Source of the DNA: an uncultured Dehalococcoidia bacterium
GTDB lineage: Bacteria; Chloroflexota; Dehalococcoidia; Lucifugimonadales; CAJWER01
Length of the DNA stretch: 64,000 bases
NCBI GenBank assembly: GCA_964608025.1
Contig: CAZSLO010000022.1
Location: forward strand, 31,256-95,255
Direction: 5' to 3'
A program made the translations under genes and the position numbers. The notes below the pieces were generated by a model. That model did no database searches. It saw only the letters and a list, made by a program, of their open reading frames with translations, and had not been told where the DNA came from. This document shows, piece after piece, positions 56,737 to 64,000 of the stretch. Numbering within the stretch: the stretch's first letter is position 1; each line of letters begins with the position of its first letter.

Positions 56737-58068
56737 ATGGAAAACACGAGCTTCCATTCACCTTACACGCCTAATACCGACGACGATCGACGCCAAATGC
56801 TCGATGCGATCGGCGCAGCATCAGTTGACGAGCTCTTCTCCGATATTCCTGAAGAATACCGTAACCCCGGCCTTGACCTTCCACCTCCTGCCTCTGAGCT
56901 TGAACTGCGCCGCGAAATAGAGGCTCTTGCTAACCAGAATCTGACACCGGGAGACTATGCTTGTTTTCTAGGTGCGGGATCCTACCGACACTTCATCCCA
57001 GCTATAGTTCGGCAAATCGCAAGTCGTAGTGAATTCATGACCGCCTATACACCTTATCAACCTGAGGTTGCTCAAGGAACTCTTCAGGCTCACTATGAAT
57101 TCCAATCCCTGATCTGCCAACTCACCGGTATGGAAGTAGCAAATGCGGGAATGTACGATGGGTCAACTTCATTGGCTGAAGCGGCCCTTATGGCTGCAAG
57201 AATAACCAAGGGCGACCGGATCGCTATCCTGGACACTGTATCTCCTTACCAAAAGTCTGTTCTCGAAACCTATGCAGCGGCCCCAGGCCTGTCAATCGAC
57301 ACAATTTCAAAGGATGCTGGCTCTGTTGAAAAAGGCACCGCTTGCCTGATCGTCCAGCAACCCAATTTTTTCGGCTACATAGAAGAGATGCAGGAACTAT
57401 CCGATCTAGCCCACTCAAATGATGCCCTCTTGGTTGTCTCCTGTGACCCACTCTCCTTAGCGATGTTCAAGCCCCCGTCAGATTATGACGCTGATATTGT
57501 TGTAGCAGAAGGACAGGCTCTTGGAGTTGCACCTACATACGGTGGCCCGTATGTAGGTTTTTTCGCATGTAAGGAGACTTACATGCGCCAGATGCCAGGT
57601 CGTATCGTTGGGAAGACACGGGACACCCAAGGCCGTGAAGGCTATGTTTTAACTCTTCAAACACGCGAGCAGCACATCAGGCGAGAGAAAGCTACTTCAA
57701 ATATTTGCACGTCAGTAGGCTTGATCGCCTTGATGTCTACGGTATACATGGCTTCTCAAGGCAAACAGGGACTTCGCCATGTGGCCGAACTTTGCTATCA
57801 CAAAGCCCATTACGCAGCAACCCTGATCGATTCCCTCCCAGGGTATTCGATTCCGATACCTGGGACTTTTTTTCGAGAATTTGTTGTCAAGTGCCCAAAG
57901 GCCCCGGCCGACATAAATAAACAACTCATTGGTAATGGCATTATTGGCGGATTGGACATAAGCGATCAAATCCCCAATGCGATGCTGATCTGCTGCACTG
58001 AAGTCAATTCTCGGGAAGAAATCGAGTCGTTGGCAGCCGCCCTTGCGGAGATAGGCGGATCAGCTTGA
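56737..58068 (+). CDS. gcvPA: Glycine dehydrogenase (decarboxylating) subunit 1
   Basis: FLGAGSYRH, TAYTPYQPEVAQGTLQ, and position in the operon. Confidence 0.92.
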   Translation: MENTSFHSPYTPNTDDDRRQMLDAIGAASVDELFSDIPEEYRNPGLDLPPPASELELRREIEALANQNLTPGDYACFLGAGSYRHFIPAIVRQIASRSEFMTAYTPYQPEVAQGTLQAHYEFQSLICQLTGMEVANAGMYDGSTSLAEAALMAARITKGDRIAILDTVSPYQKSVLETYAAAPGLSIDTISKDAGSVEKGTACLIVQQPNFFGYIEEMQELSDLAHSNDALLVVSCDPLSLAMFKPPSDYDADIVVAEGQALGVAPTYGGPYVGFFACKETYMRQMPGRIVGKTRDTQGREGYVLTLQTREQHIRREKATSNICTSVGLIALMSTVYMASQGKQGLRHVAELCYHKAHYAATLIDSLPGYSIPIPGTFFREFVVKCPKAPADINKQLIGNGIIGGLDISDQIPNAMLICCTEVNSREEIESLAAALAEIGGSA

Positions 58069-59567
58069 ATATTCGTAATTTCGGCAACAATCCCAGAAAG
58101 TTACTTATGGACCGCAGCGTATCCGGAAGGCTAGGAACCACACTTCCGCCTCTGGACGTGCCTGAACAAAAATTGCCACCCGAATATTTGCTGCGAGAGA
58201 AATTGGATATGCCCGAGGTGAGCGAAAGCGAGATCGTCCGATATTTTTCCCAAATCAGCCAGTTCAATTTTTCCATCGATCACAATTTCTACCCACTTGG
58301 AAGCTGTACGATGAAGTACAACCCCAAGTTAAATGATGAAATGGCCAGCCTGTCTGGTATGTCTGAGATCCATCCCCATCAGCCAGCTGATACAGTACAG
58401 GGAGCCCTCAAGCTGATGTTTGACCTCCAGAAAATATTGGCGGAAATCACTGGAATGGCTGGCACGAGCCTTGCCCCCATGGCAGGCGCCGAGGGTGAGT
58501 TAACAGGGATGCTTATGACACGTGCCTACCATCTTGCCCGAGGAGACACGAACCGCACATCCGTATTGGTTCCAGACAGTGCACACGGGACGAACCCAGC
58601 CTCAGCAGCTATGGCGGGCTTCGGGGTAATCACATTACCCACAGATACTAACGGCAACACCGATCTAGATGCACTCAAAGCTGCCATCAACGACGACATA
58701 GCCGGCCTAATGTTGACCCAGCCAAGCACCTTGGGGCTCTTCGACACAAATATCAACGAGGTGATCCGAATCGTAAGGGAGGCTGGGGGGATCCTATACG
58801 GCGACGGTGCTAACCTCAATGCATTACTGGGTCGAGTTAAGCCTGGTGACTTAGGGTTCGATGTAGTCCACTCGAATTTACACAAGACCTTCACGCAGCC
58901 ACATGGCGGCGGCGGGCCTGGGGCCGGTGCCGTGATGGTTAGCGAGAGACTGCTGCCATACTTGCCATCCCCTGTGATTGAGTGCCGTCTCGACGACCAG
59001 AACAAAGATACTTACACACTCTCTACACCTCCCCAAACTATAGGTAAGATGGGCGCATTCCATGGTAATTTCGGTGCTCTTGTTCGAGCTTATTCGTACA
59101 TTCGGGCATTGGGAGACCAAGGCATTGACGCAGTTAGTAAAGATGCGGTTATTAATGCGAATTACATTCTTAGCCAGCTAAAAAATTCCTATGACCTTCC
59201 ATATGAGAGGATCTGTATGCATGAGGTGGTATTTTCAGCCCGTAGCCTCAAGCGAGATCACGGCGTTTCAGCTTTGGATGTATCCAAACGCCTGATCGAC
59301 TACGGGATACACCCACCAACCATGTACTTCCCGCTAGTCGTGGAAGAAGCCTTGATGGTGGAACCCACTGAAACTGAATCGAAAGAAACCCTAGACGCCT
59401 TCATCAAAATTATGCGTAACATCGCCCAAGAAGCCAAGGATAATCCTGCTCTTCTTCACAATGCCCCACATGACACTCCAAATACCCGGTTAGACGAGGC
59501 CTCAGCCGCACGTCAACCAAACTTGAGATGGCGCCCCGGTCCATCAGAACATTCTGCCGAATTATAA
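58065..59567 (+). CDS. gcvPB: Glycine dehydrogenase (decarboxylating) subunit 2
   Basis: FYPLGSCTMKYNP, PDSAHGTNPASA, and NLHKTF (PLP-lysine context). TTG start overlaps the gcvPA TGA. Confidence 0.92.
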   Translation: MNIRNFGNNPRKLLMDRSVSGRLGTTLPPLDVPEQKLPPEYLLREKLDMPEVSESEIVRYFSQISQFNFSIDHNFYPLGSCTMKYNPKLNDEMASLSGMSEIHPHQPADTVQGALKLMFDLQKILAEITGMAGTSLAPMAGAEGELTGMLMTRAYHLARGDTNRTSVLVPDSAHGTNPASAAMAGFGVITLPTDTNGNTDLDALKAAINDDIAGLMLTQPSTLGLFDTNINEVIRIVREAGGILYGDGANLNALLGRVKPGDLGFDVVHSNLHKTFTQPHGGGGPGAGAVMVSERLLPYLPSPVIECRLDDQNKDTYTLSTPPQTIGKMGAFHGNFGALVRAYSYIRALGDQGIDAVSKDAVINANYILSQLKNSYDLPYERICMHEVVFSARSLKRDHGVSALDVSKRLIDYGIHPPTMYFPLVVEEALMVEPTETESKETLDAFIKIMRNIAQEAKDNPALLHNAPHDTPNTRLDEASAARQPNLRWRPGPSEHSAEL

Positions 59568-59685
59568 AGTCTTGCACATATAACTCAGTGTTGGCACATT
59601 CTCGATCAGCTTTGTACGTACGAGGCCTCAGCACGACCGAACGTCACGGCCCTATCAAACAGCAAACAAGCAGAGGAGCACACCT

Positions 59686-60123
59686 ATGACATCGGTAGAT
59701 CATATACTAGCCCGGATGCGAGAGCAGCGAAAGCTGACTCAGGAACGGTTGAAAGGTGTAGATGAAAAACAGATGCTCGAACCAACCACATACGGGGAAC
59801 GAGACGTGAATGTGAGATTCTTGTTCTATCGCCTCATTGCCCATGAAATCGAGCACACTGTACAGATGGCGAAGACCCTGCAGGCGATCGGGGTAGTCCA
59901 AGGAGAAGCACAGCTTATACTGAAGAATCTCCAGGCTGCCCGAGGCGAGCTCGAAGGGATGTTGGTTGGCCTGACGGACGACGATCTCGACCGTGAGTTA
60001 GACAGCGGTGAGTGGTCAGTTCGGCAAGTGATCGAACATATTCTTAAGTTCGAGGAATCATACGGAGCCAATATATCTACAGCACTGAACAACTCGCCCA
60101 TACAGGACACGTCGAGAACATAA
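59686..60123 (+). CDS. DinB-family (DinB_2-like) four-helix-bundle protein
   Basis: Spaced His motifs (LIAHEIEH, VIEHILKFEE) and size typical of the DinB superfamily. Confidence 0.55.
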   Translation: MTSVDHILARMREQRKLTQERLKGVDEKQMLEPTTYGERDVNVRFLFYRLIAHEIEHTVQMAKTLQAIGVVQGEAQLILKNLQAARGELEGMLVGLTDDDLDRELDSGEWSVRQVIEHILKFEESYGANISTALNNSPIQDTSRT

Positions 60124-60209
60124 CCCACTGGTGCCAATCCCTAGGATATTCTTCTCGCTATGGCAATTTGGACTGGCCACCAGGTTGAACCCAAAAACTA
60201 GTTATCGGT

Positions 60210-61472
60210 CTACCCTTTGGAATGATTGATGGAAGTATCGGAAATGGTTTGGTGGCGTAGAGTGGGCGCGAGTAATGCGATCAAGGCAAGGCACGCGATT
60301 CCCAAAAGAGCGTTGATAGTCACGGCTTGAGGAGCGCCTATTAAATTAGCCACGCCTCCCGTGATCAGCATCCCAAGTGGGCCAGCACCAATCCCCAATG
60401 TCATAGCACCTAAGGCCGCTCCTCTCATCTCAAATCTAGGTAGCAACATCGTTAGCGACATTTGCATAGTGTTGAATCCGGAGTTCCCAAGCCCGGCGAA
60501 AATGACTATCCCAAGGGATAAGGCATAAGACCTCGACATCGAGAAAAAGAGAACTGCCACCAGAAGCAACAAGGAACCCATCATGTATATCCTGCCGTGA
60601 TATCGAATAGTCGCTGCAGACGCAACCAAGAGCGAACCGACGAGAGCTCCGAGGCCGTGTCCACTCAACAAGATACCCATGAGACTCGGCGACACATGGA
60701 GAAAATCTCTGGCAATAACTGGTGTCATGTTAACGTAGGGTGTAACCGTTAAATTGATCACGAAAGCAATGATTATCGTTGCAAGTAGGGCATTTTGTGT
60801 CCGGACGTATCGGAGCCCTGTTAATAACGTCGATCCAATTTGGGCTTCTGAAATACTGCGTTGCTTGCGGTACGGTGCTTCTAGCTTCCATAAAAACAGA
60901 AGCGATGCGCACATCAAGGTAGTTAGAACAACGTAGCCCGCAGCAACTCCTCCAATAGTGATTAGGATTCCGGCCAAAGCGTGCCCTATCATGGCACTTC
61001 CGTTCCCGCCAAAATTGTCTAAAGCTAACGCATTTGTAAGTCGTTTAGGACCGACGATGTCATGTATCAGAGAGCGGCGTGAGGCATTACCTAGGGCATA
61101 ACATGTCCCGGTTATTAAAATGGAGGTGTATGCATACCAAACCCGTATCCACCCAAACGCTAGCATTATGGCCATCGCAAAAACAGTTACAAGATTGATC
61201 CCGAGAGTCCAGAAAAATAGTCGCTTCCTATCAACCGAGTCGGCTAGGGCTCCTCCCACAATCCCTAGCGTCAATAGCGGTAACCAAGCAAATACGCCCA
61301 CAAGGGACACCCGAAATGGCGAGTCCGTGAGATCTAGTACAAGCCATACCAGCAGTGTAGACTCCATCGATCTCGTCGCTAGAGAAGTTATGCTAGATAG
61401 CCATAGCAGTCGGAAATTGGAATCCCCAAGAGAGTGTGCTGTCCGCGATAGTTGAGACTTTCGTGAGAACAA
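60210..61472 (-). CDS. MFS transporter (EntS/DUF894-like subgroup)
   Basis: N-terminal FRLLWLSSITS signature, GALADSVDRK loop, 12 hydrophobic helices. Confidence 0.8.
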   Translation of the reverse strand: MFSRKSQLSRTAHSLGDSNFRLLWLSSITSLATRSMESTLLVWLVLDLTDSPFRVSLVGVFAWLPLLTLGIVGGALADSVDRKRLFFWTLGINLVTVFAMAIMLAFGWIRVWYAYTSILITGTCYALGNASRRSLIHDIVGPKRLTNALALDNFGGNGSAMIGHALAGILITIGGVAAGYVVLTTLMCASLLFLWKLEAPYRKQRSISEAQIGSTLLTGLRYVRTQNALLATIIIAFVINLTVTPYVNMTPVIARDFLHVSPSLMGILLSGHGLGALVGSLLVASAATIRYHGRIYMMGSLLLLVAVLFFSMSRSYALSLGIVIFAGLGNSGFNTMQMSLTMLLPRFEMRGAALGAMTLGIGAGPLGMLITGGVANLIGAPQAVTINALLGIACLALIALLAPTLRHQTISDTSINHSKG

Positions 61473-61682
61473 ATAGAAGATCCTAGGCCTTCATGCTCTT
61501 ATTCACAACGAGTTTATGTCCACGTTGTTTTTCTGTCAAAGTCCCGTAGAAATTTCAATAGTTTGGATGTTGTGCTGTACTGTCTTACGTTGTCGTAACA
61601 GCTATAAACTATACAATGTGCTTTAAAGCGCAGAAAGTTAAATGTCAGGTTCTTTTTGGCTTGCGAAACCTGATAAATGTCC

Positions 61683-62450
61683 TTATCTAAAGCCATCAAG
61701 TCTCGGAATAAGGAATTCCTCTATTGCGACAGCCAACCCATCCTCGCATACCGGGGGCGCTATGTAGTCCGCGACAGACTTTAGCTCGCTGGGAGCATCT
61801 CCCATCACGATTGCAAGAGCGGCCGATCTAAGAAGCGGAAGGTCATTATAGCTGTCCCCAGCAGCTACGATGGTATCAAGCCCCAAGCCTAAAAATGATG
61901 CTATCCATTCTGTAGCGGTCGCCTTGTTTATTCCCAATCGCGTGAAATCAACTGCCCACTTATTATTGTATGGGAGAAAAACCTTGACGCTGTTGATGTC
62001 CTTTCTGGCCTGGAAATAGTTCATAACTAAATCGGCCTTAGTCTCCTCCAAATCAAGAGCGGATATCCGAGCCAGAACACCGCCTGTTGTGGATTTTGGT
62101 TCAGCAAGTGTTCCGTTTGGCCTAGTGGCCATATATTCTAAGCCCAACTCCCTAAGGCCCGAGAGAATATGCCTAGTACTTTCAGGACCCATCGGCCAGC
62201 TTTTGAGCTGTCTCCCTGTCACAGGTTCGACCACGAGCGCACCATTTTCGGAAATCTGAGGATCTTTCAACCCAAGTTGCCCAGCGAACAGCTTTACGTC
62301 GGCCGCCTCGCGACCAGTGGCAATACTAACCTTGAGTCTCCTTGCAATTTTAGAGATGGCGATAGCCACACGGGCGGATACCAAGCTGTCTTTCCCAATC
62401 AAGGTGCCGTCCAGATCAACCATAAATAAACGGTATTTGTGATTGCCCAT
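61683..62450 (-). CDS. HAD-superfamily hydrolase, Cof-type (subfamily IIB)
   Basis: Motif I FMVDLDGTL, motif II SIATGR, motif IV GDSYNDLPL. Confidence 0.8.
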   Translation of the reverse strand: MGNHKYRLFMVDLDGTLIGKDSLVSARVAIAISKIARRLKVSIATGREAADVKLFAGQLGLKDPQISENGALVVEPVTGRQLKSWPMGPESTRHILSGLRELGLEYMATRPNGTLAEPKSTTGGVLARISALDLEETKADLVMNYFQARKDINSVKVFLPYNNKWAVDFTRLGINKATATEWIASFLGLGLDTIVAAGDSYNDLPLLRSAALAIVMGDAPSELKSVADYIAPPVCEDGLAVAIEEFLIPRLDGFR

Positions 62451-62533
62451 CAGAGGATTGTAGGCCCGGATACAATCATTGTCTTTAATCGGCTATAATC
62501 CCCATTCACGACAACCTTCCCTTGAGGAACAAC

Positions 62534-63445
62534 ATGGATGACTACATCGCATACTACAACGGTGAATGGATACCATACAACGAGGTAAGGATACATCCTC
62601 AAGATAGGGGCTTCACGTTGGGAGACGTTGTATTCGACGTCGAGCGGACATTCAACGGAAAGAGCTTTCGGATGCGCCAGCACATCGACCGACTCTATCG
62701 GTCACTCAAATACGTCCGGATTGACCCGGGGATAACAGCAGATTCAATGCTCGATTTAAGCGAAGAGGCGATCAGCCGCAACGAACATCTTCGTGGCCCT
62801 GTTGGTGATTACAGGATCAACCAGTGGGTGACGAGAGGAATCGGTGGGGCTGGGAATATAGGTCTAGGCGATGGTTCTCCTGCCGTATGTATCAATGTAT
62901 TGCCCTTGGATTTCACTCGATATGCTCGTGCCTACGAGAACGGCCAGCACGGAGTAATCTCCAAGACAAGGAGTTACCCACCGGAGGCTCTTGACGCGAA
63001 AATCAAGCACCACAGTAGAATGAATTTTAATCTGGCTGCCCTGGAAGCAAATGATCTAGATCCGGGTGCATGGGCCCTTCTCCTAGATATGGAGGGTAAC
63101 TTGTCTGAAGGCACCGGATATAACTACTTTCTCGTTAAGGACGGGGTGATTCGCACCTCGACAGACAATGCGATTCTGCAAGGCGTGTCAAGAGGTATGG
63201 TTTTCGATCTAGCTCACCAACTCGACATCCCAGTAGTTGAGGAGAATTTGCAACCGTATGATCTCTACACTGCAGATGAAGCTTTCTTCGCAAGCACCAG
63301 CTACTGCGTCTTGCCCATGACAGTCGTCGACAAGCGCCCCGTCGGCGATGGTATTCCTGGGCCTATCACGAACCAACTCCTGGCAGCCTGGAGCGAATCA
63401 GTTGGGCTAGATATTGTGGATCAGGCAATCAAGCACGCTAAGTGA
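62534..63445 (+). CDS. Class IV (fold type IV) aminotransferase: branched-chain amino acid aminotransferase / ADC-lyase family
   Basis: DRGFTLGDVVFD, KHHSRMN, EGTGYNYF, ILQGVSR motifs. ATG 62534 has GAGGA 5 nt upstream and TATAAT at 62494-62499. Confidence 0.8.
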   Translation: MDDYIAYYNGEWIPYNEVRIHPQDRGFTLGDVVFDVERTFNGKSFRMRQHIDRLYRSLKYVRIDPGITADSMLDLSEEAISRNEHLRGPVGDYRINQWVTRGIGGAGNIGLGDGSPAVCINVLPLDFTRYARAYENGQHGVISKTRSYPPEALDAKIKHHSRMNFNLAALEANDLDPGAWALLLDMEGNLSEGTGYNYFLVKDGVIRTSTDNAILQGVSRGMVFDLAHQLDIPVVEENLQPYDLYTADEAFFASTSYCVLPMTVVDKRPVGDGIPGPITNQLLAAWSESVGLDIVDQAIKHAK

Positions 63446-63747
63446 AGTCAGAACAATATAGACTGGCCTCTTCTGGAAAGACGGGAGGACAGGACCGAAG
63501 GTCACTTAGATAACCCAAATATCCACAACCATCCTTAGAGTCCGCACTCTGTGGTCATGCTTGTCGCGGGCCTAAGAATAACAAGGAAATTTAAGCTGGC
63601 AAAAACAGATCGCTAATTTAATGCCTTAACCTTACCTAAGCTATAATAACTTCCTACCCATCATAAGATTGCCCAGCAACATTCGCCAAAAATACAATAT
63701 CTCTCAATATGTTCCTGTGGCATCTCATATTTACACGGCCCAGTGGC

Positions 63748-64000
63748 ATGAATAGATTCACTCTACGGGAAACAAGAATCCCTCGTCTGGCCGTTCCACT
63801 TGCAATAGTTCTTTCCATAGCCCTGGCGCTTCGTCTTTACGGCATCGAGTGGGATAGTGGATATCCATTCACCCCTCATCCAGATGAGCGCGCTATATTA
63901 ATGAAAGTAGATCAGCTTTCTCTTCCTTCTCTAAGTGATCTAGACAGCCTCTTCAATGTTGAAGAGAGTCCGTGGAATCCAAGATGGTTTGCCTACGGTA
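63748..64000 (+). CDS. N-terminus of a large membrane protein (DUF2298 / YYY-type or glycosyltransferase-39-like); runs off the 3' window edge
   Basis: ATG 63748 opens a frame that stays open to the window end: MNRFTLRETRIPRLAVPLAIVLSIALALRLYGIEWDSGYPFTPHPDERAIL... (TM helix followed by HPDER). Confidence 0.45.
   Translation, partial: MNRFTLRETRIPRLAVPLAIVLSIALALRLYGIEWDSGYPFTPHPDERAILMKVDQLSLPSLSDLDSLFNVEESPWNPRWFAYG

Noticed and set aside
63446-63747. GGAGGACAGGACCGAAGGTC segment reminiscent of the SRP RNA domain IV motif
   Set aside because: It lacks the conserved GGAAGCAGC continuation and a symmetric helix partner, so it is not convincing as 4.5S RNA.
1-64000. Searched by eye for CRISPR arrays, IS elements or inverted terminal repeats, integrases, toxin-antitoxin pairs, restriction-modification or other defence genes, and rRNA
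   Set aside because: None were recognised. Apart from the (GGC)10 tract, the 26-nt duplicate and short operator-like repeats, no repeat arrays were seen. An exhaustive repeat search needs computation (self dot-plot or k-mer index), which I could not run.

Overview
This is a densely coding 64-kb stretch of a bacterial chromosome, with about 57 CDS, 2 tRNAs and 1 TPP riboswitch. I saw no rRNA, CRISPR array, transposase, integrase or phage genes. The content is housekeeping plus catabolism. Housekeeping genes include mfd (cut by the 5' window edge), dnaE, fabI, fabF, folC, ogt, bioY and the gcvT-gcvH-gcvPA-gcvPB operon. There is a thiamine-salvage locus: a TPP riboswitch, an SSS transporter and tenA, then thiD. 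There is a MoxR / DUF58 / transglutaminase-like operon. The rest is many oxidoreductases (Gfo/Idh/MocA, SDR, FAD, F420-type LLM), four MFS transporters and two paralogous CocE/NonD hydrolases. Several genes suggest a marine Chloroflexota-like (SAR202/Dehalococcoidia-type) genome: the F420-type LLM, a decaprenyl-phosphate phosphoribosyltransferase-like UbiA, a DUF2298/YYY-like N-terminus at the 3' edge, thiamine-precursor salvage and the paralogue-rich catabolic genes. That assignment is inference only. All functional calls rest on motifs I recognised by eye in the supplied translations, because no searches could be run. I did not find a clear new defence, mobile or biosynthetic system. The observations most worth a second look are: (1) the transglutaminase-like protein carries Ser-His-Glu where its family has Cys-His-Asp; (2) an unrecognisable 419-aa protein sits between two equal-length CocE/NonD hydrolases, next to an MFS gene and a palindrome-bearing divergent promoter; (3) a 26-nt exact repeat is shared, in different reading frames, by the start region of an MFS gene and the interior of that 419-aa gene; (4) an HTH-TPR fusion gene appears leaderless and sits behind an AT-rich repeat/palindrome/repeat array; (5) an RRM RNA-binding protein has a tail encoded by a perfect (GGC)10 microsatellite; (6) an orphan 62-aa ORF has a twin-arginine signal and a good promoter and SD.
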